64,000 nucleotides of DNA from NCBI GenBank assembly GCA_963779615.1, contig CAVZZA010000004.1, positions 1 through 64,000 of the forward strand, in the 5' to 3' direction. Numbering within the stretch: position 1 is the first letter of the stretch; each line of letters begins with the position of its first letter. Shown piece after piece: positions 1 through 10,532 of the stretch. The stretch is from an uncultured Nitrososphaeraceae archaeon. GTDB taxonomy: Archaea; Thermoproteota; Nitrososphaeria; Nitrososphaerales; Nitrososphaeraceae. The translations under genes were made by a program, and so were the position numbers. The notes beneath the pieces were generated by a model, which searched no databases, had not been told where the DNA came from, and saw only the letters and a list, made by a program, of their open reading frames with translations.

Positions 1-145
1 TTGAATGTTATTATCAATATCTTGAAATGTCGACAATAGCATTAAATATCTATAATGGATTATTTAGTTTACCGTATTCATCTGACGGTTTTTTACAGCC
101 TGTTTCTATTACGGAGACTTGACAGACCTACTACTTATATGATGT

Positions 146-615
146 TTGTTTCCTTTAATAGGTGCTTTAATGAACTTTCCAATGCCTAATTCTATGACAG
201 CATTGTTCTCTTCCTCCCTAGCCCACATAGTTTTTGTTGCGGTCTTAGCCTTGACTTTTGTGTCAGTAACAAACAAATATCTAGATTTGACCGAATACGG
301 TCAAAGCCAATTTGCAAAAGCATTATCTTTAAAATATCCTGATGTTAGCCTGGCTCCCCCACAGGACCAGCAATACTTGATCCTTGCCTAAAAGGCAGAA
401 GTAGTTTTCGGAGGTTAAAATATCCAACCAGCATGGCCTTTTTAGGCCCCAATGACATATTGGTCACCGAGAAAGATGCAGGCCTAGTGCAAAGAATCCT
501 AGATGGTATCGAAGTGCAACAACCTCAACCTATGTTAAAGTGGCCACATACGCTCATAGAGGCATGTTGGGCATCGCTGTCGCCCCTCCCTCTCTCACCA
601 CAGATAATTTGCTAA
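146..615 (+). pseudogene. N-terminal fragments (membrane anchor and first blade) of the PQQ-dependent sugar dehydrogenase, split by frameshifts
   Basis: Hydrophobic ORF 146-391, then LKAEVVF..LKYPTSMAFLGPNDILVTEK read across changing frames; this is the usual start of thaumarchaeal glucose/sorbosone dehydrogenases. Confidence 0.6.
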
Positions 616-1640
616 ACCACAAAACCGCTACTGACCATTATGACATTATCGCTTATGTTTTCCTATACTACACCCAGGCCAAGACACATACCAGTGATGA
701 TGTTACAGAAGGAAAACAACCGACTGGTAATCTCCTATACAGGTATGAATTGATAAATGGCAAGTTAGTGAATCCGAAAATGTTGTTGGACCTTCCAGCA
801 ATACCTGGAGCTATTGGCAACGGTGGGAAGGTGATTATCGGTCCTGACAATAATGTCTATCTTACCATAGGGAGTGTTGGTGTCAATGGGCATATCACTA
901 AAGCACAAAATATCCAAAATGGGAGTGAGCCCGACGGAACTAGCGGAATACTCCGATTTAATCAAGATGGCCAGCCAATACCCCCAGGCATCCTGGGGAA
1001 CAAGTTTCCGTTGAACATCTACTTTTCCTATGGGATGTGGAACAGTTTTGGCCTTGCTTTTGATCCATTAACGGAAATATTGTGGGATACACAAATTGGT
1101 TTATCCTTTGGTGAAGAAATCAATCTGGTTAAACCCGGATATAACAGCGGCTATAACAAGGTTGATGGCATTTGGTTGCGCGGCTATAACACAGGTCAAA
1201 CTGAAAAGCAAGTTGCACCGCTACATCCAAATAGTTTAGCCGATTTTGGTGGAAAAGGAAAATACAACACTCCACAATTCACTTGGTTTCAGCAAGTGGT
1301 TCCGACTGGAATCACATTTCTTAATTCAAACACGATGGGAAGAAATTACCAAAACGATATGTTTGTTTCCGATGCAAAAAACGGAAATATCTACCACTTT
1401 AAACTAAACACACAAAGAACAGGAGTGCTGCTTCCCCCCGGCCCACTTGCAGATGGGATTGCAAACAGATCTGATTCTCTTAGCCAGATAATATTCGGAA
1501 AAGGCTTTGGTGCGATTACAGATCTTAAAGCAAGTCCTTATGATGGCCAGCTGTATGTGCTAACTTTCGACGAAACACGGGGAACAATATTTAGAATAGT
1601 TCCTATTAACAACCAAACATCTGGGTGCCAACATGTCTGA
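540..1640 (+). CDS. PQQ-dependent sugar dehydrogenase (glucose/sorbosone dehydrogenase family), main body; N-terminus frameshifted
   Basis: Motifs RGMLGIA, GNGGKVIIGPDNNVY, YGMWNSFGLAFDP, EEINLVKPGYNSG, PTGITF, FGAITDLK. Confidence 0.8.
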   Translation: MATYAHRGMLGIAVAPPSLTTDNLLNHKTATDHYDIIAYVFLYYTQAKTHTSDDVTEGKQPTGNLLYRYELINGKLVNPKMLLDLPAIPGAIGNGGKVIIGPDNNVYLTIGSVGVNGHITKAQNIQNGSEPDGTSGILRFNQDGQPIPPGILGNKFPLNIYFSYGMWNSFGLAFDPLTEILWDTQIGLSFGEEINLVKPGYNSGYNKVDGIWLRGYNTGQTEKQVAPLHPNSLADFGGKGKYNTPQFTWFQQVVPTGITFLNSNTMGRNYQNDMFVSDAKNGNIYHFKLNTQRTGVLLPPGPLADGIANRSDSLSQIIFGKGFGAITDLKASPYDGQLYVLTFDETRGTIFRIVPINNQTSGCQHV

Positions 1641-1700
1641 TTTGTTTTTGTACTGGTTTTTTTTCCTTTCAGAAAGCAGTGGAAGGCTCTATACTTTATG

Positions 1701-1973
1701 TTATTCAGCAATTAAGACAAAATTGAGGATGCTGTCCTTGTAGTCTTTGGTTATTTTATAGTCGCCACTGTCGCCAGCAGCGGTAGTGGCATAAAACTGC
1801 ACTGAAATTAGGTTTGGCCCTGTAACCAGTAAGGATGCTAATGCGGATAAATCAACAGACACCGTAAAATGTTCATATATGGGATATTGGTCTTTTTGGG
1901 GCTTGTTTAGGGTAGGACATTTGACACTGCAATCTCCTTTTGTGTTTATCGTCCTGCAAAGAGTAGCATTCAC
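1701..1973 (-). CDS. hypothetical protein, possibly a fragment
   Basis: 90-aa ORF only, no recognised motif. Confidence 0.25.
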   Translation of the reverse strand: MNATLCRTINTKGDCSVKCPTLNKPQKDQYPIYEHFTVSVDLSALASLLVTGPNLISVQFYATTAAGDSGDYKITKDYKDSILNFVLIAE

Positions 1974-2297
1974 TTACACCAAACAAAATAGGGGAAAAGA
2001 AGGCAATGAACCATGGTATTTCCCTCATCGTGTTTCATTACACCGTCACCATAACATCCCAATAACACTCCCACGCACGCGCGGAAGATGATATTTCCTG
2101 CTGCCTACTTGGGTTCTGGATGACCGCGGCTCGCGGCACTCGCCAAGCACAAGCCTCGGTCGCCAAAGAAAATGTGGATGGACCTAATCCCCTTACAAGC
2201 GAGCAGACACCCTGCACTTGCACACCCGGATGAGGATGACCCGCTTTAAGGTTGCCCCGTAACCATTGCGGGCCTCAAAAGCAGAAGATTCCCCTAT

Positions 2298-2440
2298 TCG
2301 GCAATACATACCTTACAAAAATGAGAACCCAACCATTGCCAATGTGTTTATATATAAGTATATGGTGAGTTGTGTACTTTTATACACCAATGCCCGAGTA
2401 ATCACCCATTATATATCTATGGCGAAACTCCATATATAAC
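2298..2440 (-). ncRNA. candidate structured small RNA or regulatory motif, copy C
   Basis: Minus strand reads TATATA..TAGAT..ATGGGTGATT..TTGGTGTA-TAAAAG-TACAC..TTGGCAATGG; aligns with the copies at 3205 and 10533. Confidence 0.5.
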
Positions 2441-3204
2441 GGAATACAGGGAACAGGGCAGGCTTTTGACAAAACCATTCGTTTGGGAATGGTGTTTCCT
2501 GTTGCCACTCACATACCCCCTTTTCGGGCTGATACGGCATTTTGGGCCTGGTATTCGAATACCCACCCAGCATGACAGCAGCACACCATACAGCCGCTGG
2601 TTTGGACCTGTGATATAGTTATGGCTGTAAGACTGGTCTTTCCGCAATGCACAACATCAATGGAGCGGTGGCCGCGTGCTTGTCTTTCTGTTGCAAAAAC
2701 GGGCAAGGCAAGCCCCATTGGAAAGAACGCCTGCCTGCCTTCGATCCAGTTGACTGGCTCATGTGTCACTCCCTGGTAAGTGAGTATTATCCGTAGCCCT
2801 GGTCAATGCATGCAGTCCCAAGGTCCTCAGATTTGCGCCACGCCCCATCGACGAACGGCTCAGTGCCGGTGGTGATTAGATTGCTGTCGTCTGAGGCGAA
2901 AAATGAGGCGGCTTTCGCGATTCCGTTAGGGCTCCATCCACCCCAGCGGCCACATAGCGTTCACGAGTTTTGCCTTTGATTGCTCGCCTAGTTCCTCTTC
3001 CGTGTTGACTATCGGACGGGGCTTCTGGTGTTGACGCGGTTCCTGCACTTAAGCATGACAGGCGGCTTGCCCTCTGCAAGAGGCAGATGGCGATCACGGA
3101 GAGGGAAAAGGCGGTTGCGGAGGGGGATGACGGAGAGGGTTTTGGGACGAGTCACAAGGCCTTGGGACGCTGCCTCAGGCGTCAATGGCGCCGGATTTAT
3201 TTAC

Positions 3205-3330
3205 TTATATATAAGTGAATGCGCGCTAGATATACTTATGGGCAATTCATTATAGTTTGGTGTCCTCAAAGACACTGCAATTGCTTTTGCTTTCGGCAGG
3301 TCAAAGGCTGTGGCGGGTGTTGCATGCCTC
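3205..3330 (+). ncRNA. candidate structured small RNA or regulatory motif, copy A
   Basis: TATATA..TAGAT..ATGGGCAATTCATTA..TTGGTGTC-CTCAAA-GACAC..AGGCTGTGG; same spacing as copies B and C. Confidence 0.5.
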
Positions 3331-3689
3331 CTTCATCATAGCATATCACCAAAGTGCTAATAAGTAAACGGCCCACCGCTTTTGTTTGTGCCTCATCCAG
3401 AAAGCCATATGAACTCCTTCAACAGTCCCTACCATCTTTTAGCTTTTACATCCTTTTAAAACCATTTAATGGATTTAAAGAGGGGTCGAGGGGTAACATG
3501 AACCCATGAACCGCCTAAAATCCACCATTGGCGATTGTAAAAAGTTTTCCAGTAACGCTTCATGATAGACCAGGGCCTAGGCCGCTGCACAACATCACAC
3601 GGGTGACCATACCACTCCATTTTGATCCAAAGACGGTTACAAAAACAGGGCCCAACATCCTTTCCAGGGGCAACATGCTTTGTGTTTGA

Positions 3690-3815
3690 CGCAATTCAGG
3701 GGCGACCGTCCAACTGCTATTAAAGGGAGAGGGGGACGGAGGCGGGCCAAGCCATGTAGTGGCGATACTAGGGATTGGTGGACTGGGGAGTGAGGACTTG
3801 GGCGTGATTCCCTGA
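3690..3815 (+). pseudogene. possible remnant of a zinc-dependent alcohol dehydrogenase (Rossmann segment)
   Basis: RNSGA...PSHVVAILGIGGLG..LGV resembles the MDR-family NAD-binding segment; bounded by stops. Confidence 0.3.
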
Positions 3816-3906
3816 TTCAGTTGTTCAAACAGGAAAGCATTAAATGATAATAGACACAAATGCATACACCTGATTAACAAATGGGCAAAGAAGGATCTAA
3901 CTAACA

Positions 3907-5604
3907 TTATATGTTTAAATCTATTTGATTATATCCGCTAGCACCCTTGGGAAACGGATCTTCTAACTTGGAGGTTTGGACCTGCCCTGTTTTGTCTGTT
4001 GCTCTTACTACAATGTCGAATGCGCCTTTACTCTCAGAAGTAAACTGGCTGGTCCATAGCACCCAGGTATATTGTGACAATGGATCTTTAACTACCGCTG
4101 TTTTCCACGTTTTTCCGCCATCTGTACTGACTTCAACCTTGGATATTCCTCGGTCCCCAGAAAAAGCAATTCCAGCGATTGGAATACTTTTTCCAACTGT
4201 AAAGGAATTATCTGTGACTGTGTGAGGAAATCGGTCCGTAATGGGCTGGCTTCCTGGAACCACGATTGATGAATAGATGTTTTTAATACTGTCATTTGTC
4301 CAGCCCTTTCTCTGCCAGAATCCTTCATATGTTTTATCTACCAATTCTATCTCTGTTATCCATTTCGGATTCATCATTCCATAGAAACCAGGCACTATTG
4401 CTCGAATAGGATATCCATGTTCATTGGTTAGCGGTGACCTATTCATATCATATGCTAAAATAGTTCCATCCATCATGCCATTCTCAAAGGGTATTCCGAC
4501 GTCATAGCCGTCTGAGCATCTAAAAACAACATACTTGACATTTGGTTTTATCCCTGCTTTGGATATCAGATCTCTGAGACGTATGCCTTTCCACAAGGCA
4601 GTGCTGGTCAAATTTCCGCCAATTTTATTGCTCACACAAACCAAAGTAGAGAATTGCTCAACTGGATCCATACTTTTAATTTCTTTATAGTTAATCACTA
4701 GAGGATTGTCCACCTGCCCTTTTATTGAGAGGTTCCAATCTTGAGCATTAACAACAGGGACAATTGCATTAATATCTATTCTATAAAAAAGATAAGCTGG
4801 AGTAATCTCGGCATCCAGTAATGGGGTCAGCCGTGGATCTTCAAAACCAACAGGTCTTGTTTTTGACTGCAATATTTGTTGTGTAGCGTTATTTTGAGCT
4901 TGTTGTGACAGTTCCGATCCTGATTGTTGTTCCGCGCTGTGAAGGATTCTATTGAAACCAAAATAAATTAACGGAAGGGCAATAGCAGATATTATCAAGG
5001 CCCGGATCATGTTCCTCTTATTGTAGTCTATAGATTGATTTTCATTATCTTTAGAGATTGCCCTCTCTTCTCCTTCATTTGGAACAGGTTTGATTGAATT
5101 TGATTTCTCATTTCCTTTTCTTAACAATAATGAAATTATTAATCCAAAACCAATATTGGGCAGTACGAATTTTGCTATCGAGCTATAAGGGATCAAAACA
5201 GGTTGTCCTGGAACTGTACTTAACGTAACAAAGATAACAACGATAAAAATTAGTATTGCATAAGAAATTAAGCTTGATAGGCCGGTTCTAATGATGTATC
5301 TATTCACTTTTAATCTATCAAATAATGCGCCTGAAATTATGCCTATTATTCCATAGAGTAGGATGCTAACCACCGTTGCACCAATAAATGTGGAATATTT
5401 TGCTAATGGTCCAAGAGTAAGTACAGCTTGAGATTCAATTTCCCCAGAAGTAATCGATATCAAGCCTTGAGACGCCAGTTCAGGAATAAACAATCCATTT
5501 ATGGTTAATTTTAAGAAAATCGATAATGCAAAAGCAACAAGTCCAGCTGCAAGTCCATAAACAAAAAACGATAAATAACGATTGCCTTTTATCTTTAGAA
5601 CCAC
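3907..5604 (-). CDS. polytopic membrane molybdopterin-dependent oxidoreductase (sulfite oxidase family)
   Basis: About 5 N-terminal TM segments; Mo-ligand Cys in TLVCVSN; HGYPIRAIVPGFYGMMNPKW; C-terminal dimerisation domain VEVSTDGGKTW, VRATD. Confidence 0.92.
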   Translation of the reverse strand: MVLKIKGNRYLSFFVYGLAAGLVAFALSIFLKLTINGLFIPELASQGLISITSGEIESQAVLTLGPLAKYSTFIGATVVSILLYGIIGIISGALFDRLKVNRYIIRTGLSSLISYAILIFIVVIFVTLSTVPGQPVLIPYSSIAKFVLPNIGFGLIISLLLRKGNEKSNSIKPVPNEGEERAISKDNENQSIDYNKRNMIRALIISAIALPLIYFGFNRILHSAEQQSGSELSQQAQNNATQQILQSKTRPVGFEDPRLTPLLDAEITPAYLFYRIDINAIVPVVNAQDWNLSIKGQVDNPLVINYKEIKSMDPVEQFSTLVCVSNKIGGNLTSTALWKGIRLRDLISKAGIKPNVKYVVFRCSDGYDVGIPFENGMMDGTILAYDMNRSPLTNEHGYPIRAIVPGFYGMMNPKWITEIELVDKTYEGFWQRKGWTNDSIKNIYSSIVVPGSQPITDRFPHTVTDNSFTVGKSIPIAGIAFSGDRGISKVEVSTDGGKTWKTAVVKDPLSQYTWVLWTSQFTSESKGAFDIVVRATDKTGQVQTSKLEDPFPKGASGYNQIDLNI

Positions 5605-6691
5605 TCTATCTTATAAAAAAATAAATGATTTAAGGTTTTTTCCATATTTGACTAAACATTGATACAAAGATGTGCAATGCAATCGCATCAGGCTCTGATC
5701 ATGTCCTGTTGATTTGATTTTTTTATTTTGCTATCCTTCTTGTTGGCCTAATACATATTTTCAATGATCGCTCATAGTAATTTCTGCTCAATTTAATCTA
5801 ACGAAATTAAGTAAAAATTATTCAAGACCACGAATCTATCTAGTAATGATTAACAAAAATCTATTTTAAATGCCAAGCAAACCCTTTTACTACCAAAAAT
5901 TTATTAATGTTGCATTTTACCAGGATCGTTAGGTCTACTCAAAGAGAACATATCTCATATGGTTGAGAGCGAGGTTCTGACCGAACCTGGTATACTAAAG
6001 GATTACACTGAACAAGGGAAGCAAAAAAGGTTAGTTTGCTGCTAAAAGCATCATAGGATAAAAAAAATCAATCATACATATTAAAGAATAAATTACAACT
6101 GCGTAGGAAAAAATAAACTATTGTACGCAAGTATGCAATAACAAATAAACCATTTTACCACATGGATTTGAGTCCCTCTCTCCTCTTGGATAATTGCTTT
6201 AATACCTAGAATTTACTTGTAGATGAAAATTAGACGGAGATATTTTAAATATGAACCCGTGAATTCAAGTAGCGTGTTCAAACCCCAATCCCTGACTAAC
6301 CATTACTCACTATATAGCCAATTTTGTAACCGATTATCTTAATTTCAATGTGATGATCCATTTTCAAAATATAAAAGTCAGTTTACCTGATTACAGTCCA
6401 TAATCAAAAACTTGTCTCCTTGAGTGTTGCCATGGAGTTCGAATCCATTCCCCGGTTGTCTTTGAATCAAAACACTAATTTTTTTAGCACGTTAAAATTT
6501 GTGATAATTGATGATGTTTTAATGGTTATTTTCTTTATAATGAAGCAGCGTTACAAAGTGAATATGCGAAGGATAACAATAGTTAACCAAAACATTAACG
6601 CATAGATTAAGATACACACAGAAACAAAAGATATATTCACATAAAAAGAAAAATAAAATTTTTAATACATGGATAAATCGTAAATACATAT

Positions 6692-6790
6692 ATGGAATTT
6701 TTAGATGACAGTGAATGGAGTGGGGAAGATGAGGATAGTGATTTTGAAGAGGATTTGTTAAAAGATAAGGGGGAAGAAGAAGATTTATAG
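6692..6790 (+). CDS. 32-aa highly acidic micro-protein
   Basis: MEFLDDSEWSGEDEDSDFEEDLLKDKGEEEDL; TATA-like TTTTAATA about 30 bp upstream; below the ORF-track cutoff. Confidence 0.5.
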   Translation: MEFLDDSEWSGEDEDSDFEEDLLKDKGEEEDL

Positions 6791-7335
6791 ATTATGAGAG
6801 CAGCAATGAAAAAAAGATTCAGGTAATTATTTTAAAAACTGGACAAGCAAATATAGAAAAACTGCAGACTTATTTTATCAAATATGTCTTATACAATAAT
6901 GATTGCAATAGATTTTTTCGAAATAAGCCAAAGTCTTCAATTCTGTACATAATATAGCCATAATTGTTATTTTAGTTATTGTTGAAAAAGTAAACTATTG
7001 TAAGATGTAATATACATAGGTTTTATAGTCAACAAATACACCAACATTGCAATTTTCATCCAATGTTATTTAAATTAGGTTATCAATACCTTAGAATATT
7101 TGGAAACTGAATTTGTGGCATTAAAATGTTCTTTAATGAAATTAACCCTATTCAAAGGATTGGGTATGCATTAATTCATTTCTTCACGAAAAAATGCAAT
7201 TAAGACAAATTTAGTCATTTTTAAAAGTGACTCGTTATTATAATCGGCTAGTCTACTTTGCTGAATATTTATTTGATTTGTATTTGCTATTCTGGATAGT
7301 TTTTCCTTTGGTTTGTAGAGACAAATAAACTCTAT

Positions 7336-7770
7336 TTATATTTTTTTAGCATCATTATTTTTGCTGTTATTTATAGTGGTGGTATCCCAAACATGCAAGT
7401 TCCGACTTAAAGATTCCTCAAATTCGGTTTTCTCTTCATTGTTTAAATATATTTTATATGATAAAGCCAAGTTTCTATTACCATTGTCTGTTAGACTGGA
7501 ATCTATTTTTCCTTCTATATACGCAAATTCTTTTTCACAATTAATATCAAGATTTTTTTTATCACCAAAAAAATTATTTTTAATAAATTCTATAGCATCG
7601 TGCCAAGTGAAAGCCTTTATTACGCCTATTGCTTCTCCATCAGAATAACGATTTTTGGTTTCATTATTGTATTTATAAACATCAAAATAATCAATTGATT
7701 TTTTACAGTTATTGCAATAAACGTTCTTGTCTTTTTTAGTGCAATCTTCGCATTGGTGTATTATTGCCAT
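7336..7770 (-). CDS. hypothetical protein with N-terminal CxxC...CxxC zinc ribbon
   Basis: CEDC...CNNC; 144-aa ORF with ATG start. Confidence 0.65.
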   Translation of the reverse strand: MAIIHQCEDCTKKDKNVYCNNCKKSIDYFDVYKYNNETKNRYSDGEAIGVIKAFTWHDAIEFIKNNFFGDKKNLDINCEKEFAYIEGKIDSSLTDNGNRNLALSYKIYLNNEEKTEFEESLSRNLHVWDTTTINNSKNNDAKKI

Positions 7771-8439
7771 TTTTGATAATATGTTGATCTTTTATTAATA
7801 AATAGTGATACAACCATTTCTAAATAATTTTTCTAATAGATTTTATATTGCATTTGCACTTCTTCTTGCTGTCAAATTTTATTAACTCCTCGATATGGAT
7901 TACAATAAAATTAAAATGTACTGTTAAAAATATAATAACAAATTCAGAACATTGCAATCAATTTTTTATATCTTGTTTTAGATGCGTCCTAAAGGAAATA
8001 TGATTTAGGTTTTCCTTCCATATCACTAAATTAACCTTATTTCTTTAATTTGAATTAATGATAACAAATTTAGCCATGTTTTATTTATTATGTATTGTTT
8101 TGATGAATTAAAAAATCTGTCGGAATTTCAATGCCATAAAAGTGATATTATTCGTTAACCTGGAAAATTGGGAAAATCTATTGTTTTTAATTATTCATTT
8201 AGGATTACTAAAAGTCGTATTTGCTTGATGTGAGTCTAAAATTAAACATTATGGGATTAGCTTGCTTATTGATGGAAGAGATGTGTGTTTGTGTTTTTTG
8301 TCGTAATAATACGTTTTATCATGTTGTGCGATAGTTTTAATATATTAAAATCAAGGTGAATTAACAAAAAATACCACCAGATTGTATGTTGACAACCAGT
8401 AGGTTTTCCTAAAATTTTAGCTGATTGTGTTGATAAAGC

Positions 8440-9696
8440 CTATGGTATGGTGGTAATAATTAGATATGAATTTAATGATAATATTATTGCAACAAATATC
8501 ATAGACATAACCGTTGTTGTTTTTCTATTAACAAACTCGCCCATTACTGCCTTGTTTCGTGAAATTAAAACTAGCGGTATGACCGGCAATGGGATTAACA
8601 AACTTAGGATTACTTGACTGTATACTAATATGTGTAGAGGATCAAAACCTAACAATAAAGCAACTGTTGTGGGTATTACATTTACAAATCTGGTTATTAT
8701 TCTTCTTATCCAAACATTAATTTTCATCCCCAGTAATCCTTCCATAATTGATTGACCCGCTAATGTGCCTATAATGGATGAAGAAATTCCGGATGAAAGC
8801 AGTGTGACTAAAAATACTATTCCAGCTCCACTACCAAATAGGGGAACCAGTGTTTTATACGCCTCGGATATGGAAGAAATTGGCGAATCGTGAGAGTAAA
8901 AAGCAGCAGCAGCCATTATCATTATTGCGGCATTAACCATTCCTGCAACAGTTAAAATAAAGATGTTCTCAAAAAGATGTAACTTTCTTATCTGCCTTTT
9001 TTCTTCTATTGTGATTTTCTCATTGCTTACTTTATTTTTTGTAAGCCATGAGTGAACAAAAATGGCGTGAGGCATAACTGTCGCCCCCATAATTCCAACT
9101 GTTATTAAAATAGCGTTACTGTTTTGTAACGAAGGAATAATTGAATGGTATAAGATGGCATAAGGATCTGGTTTCACAATAAATAATTCATATAAATACC
9201 CAAAACTAATTATTGAAACTAGAAGCATAAATAGTTGTTCTAGAAAACGGAATTTTCTTGCAGTAACGGTAAGAATTATAATAACATCTAAAGCTCCAAA
9301 TATCGCTGCTTGAATCATAGGTATGTTAAATAATAAATTTAATGCTATTACAGTGCCGAGATACTCTGCCAAGTCAGTAGCAGCCGTTGCGATTTCAGCA
9401 GAAAGCCAATAGGGTAAAATATATATCCTCTTTTTCAACTTGGTTCTAATAATTTCTGATAACGATTGTCCCGTGGCAATTCCTATTTTTCCTGATAGGT
9501 ATTGGAGAAGCATGGCCATTCCACTTGAAAGCCAAATTACCCACAGTAGATTGTAATTGAAAGTAGCCCCTCCTTGAATATCGGTGCCATAATTACCAGG
9601 ATCCATATACGCAACGCTTACCATTACTGCGGGTCCGGTATAGAGGAGAAACTTACGAAAATATGCCTTTTTAGTTTGGAAATGCCTAGACTTCAA
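8440..9696 (-). CDS. mntH: Nramp-family divalent metal (Mn2+/Fe2+) transporter
   Basis: Signature AYMDPGN and GATVMPHA; multiple TM helices. Confidence 0.95.
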   Translation of the reverse strand: MKSRHFQTKKAYFRKFLLYTGPAVMVSVAYMDPGNYGTDIQGGATFNYNLLWVIWLSSGMAMLLQYLSGKIGIATGQSLSEIIRTKLKKRIYILPYWLSAEIATAATDLAEYLGTVIALNLLFNIPMIQAAIFGALDVIIILTVTARKFRFLEQLFMLLVSIISFGYLYELFIVKPDPYAILYHSIIPSLQNSNAILITVGIMGATVMPHAIFVHSWLTKNKVSNEKITIEEKRQIRKLHLFENIFILTVAGMVNAAIMIMAAAAFYSHDSPISSISEAYKTLVPLFGSGAGIVFLVTLLSSGISSSIIGTLAGQSIMEGLLGMKINVWIRRIITRFVNVIPTTVALLLGFDPLHILVYSQVILSLLIPLPVIPLVLISRNKAVMGEFVNRKTTTVMSMIFVAIILSLNSYLIITTIP

Positions 9697-10241
9697 AAAT
9701 TATTAATCCCGTTTAATTTGCGACCTAATTTATATATTAATCAGCAAGGGTTAATAGTTTTAGTACTAGATGCACCAAAACTAAATCTACCTAAAGATAA
9801 ATGATTACCAAATATAAAAAGTATTTATTAACCCTGCCACCTACCATAATGTTTACTATTGCATAAAAACAATACCTCTTAATAATAATTCTACTGTATG
9901 ATGCATAATTGTAGAGGTAATGGCAAGTTTGGAATTTTAATATTGTTAATTTCTATAAGGTATTAATTTTTCTGTATTTTTAATATTTTAAGATTGAATT
10001 TTCTAATCAAGTGATCAATAACAACATTGTATCTTTTTTTTGACAACTAGTTGATAAATAAACACCTTTCAAGTAATGCAATAGGAAGCAACAGATACAT
10101 CTACTTATTCGTTTACGGTGATCATTTTCTATCTCCATATTTTAGGGGTTAGATAACCATTTTATCCTTGAGGTAAAATTCGAATTTATGTGCCTGATTA
10201 AAATGTGCTACAATTCAGCCCCTTTGTAAGACAATGCGAGT

Positions 10242-10418
10242 ATGGGTGTGCTGCCATGGTGGGTGTGCTGCTGTGGGTGTGCTGATGGTGGGTGTGCTGC
10301 CATGGTGGGTGTGCTGCCATGGTGGGTGTGCTGCCATGGTGGGTGTGCTGCCATGGTGGGTGTGCTGCCATGGTGGGTGTGCTGCCATGGTGGGTGTGCT
10401 GCCATGGTTGGGGTGTGC
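10242..10418. repeat. tandem array of 17-bp unit GGTGGGTGTGCTGCCAT
   Basis: 7 perfect head-to-tail units at 10287-10405 plus degenerate units on both sides; no spacers. Confidence 0.95.
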
Positions 10419-10532
10419 TTACACAAAAAAATCCAAAAATATGTGCCAGCCTCGAGTGGAAGCCTGTATATAGTGGTTATAACATCCCTCAAATGGATGA
10501 TTTGAGAATATCCCGTCTTATTCTCTTATGCT

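Noticed and set aside
2440-3200. RNase P RNA, SRP RNA or rRNA in the GC-rich patch
   Set aside because: Their universal motifs (GAGGAAAGTCC, SRP helix 8, rRNA conserved blocks) were not found by eye on either strand
3238-3255. Conserved leader peptide encoded by the three-copy motif
   Set aside because: Stops fall at different positions in the three copies (after 5, 17 and 9 codons)
6420-6455. Intact tRNA gene
   Set aside because: Only a T-arm-like hairpin; no D arm, anticodon arm or acceptor stem
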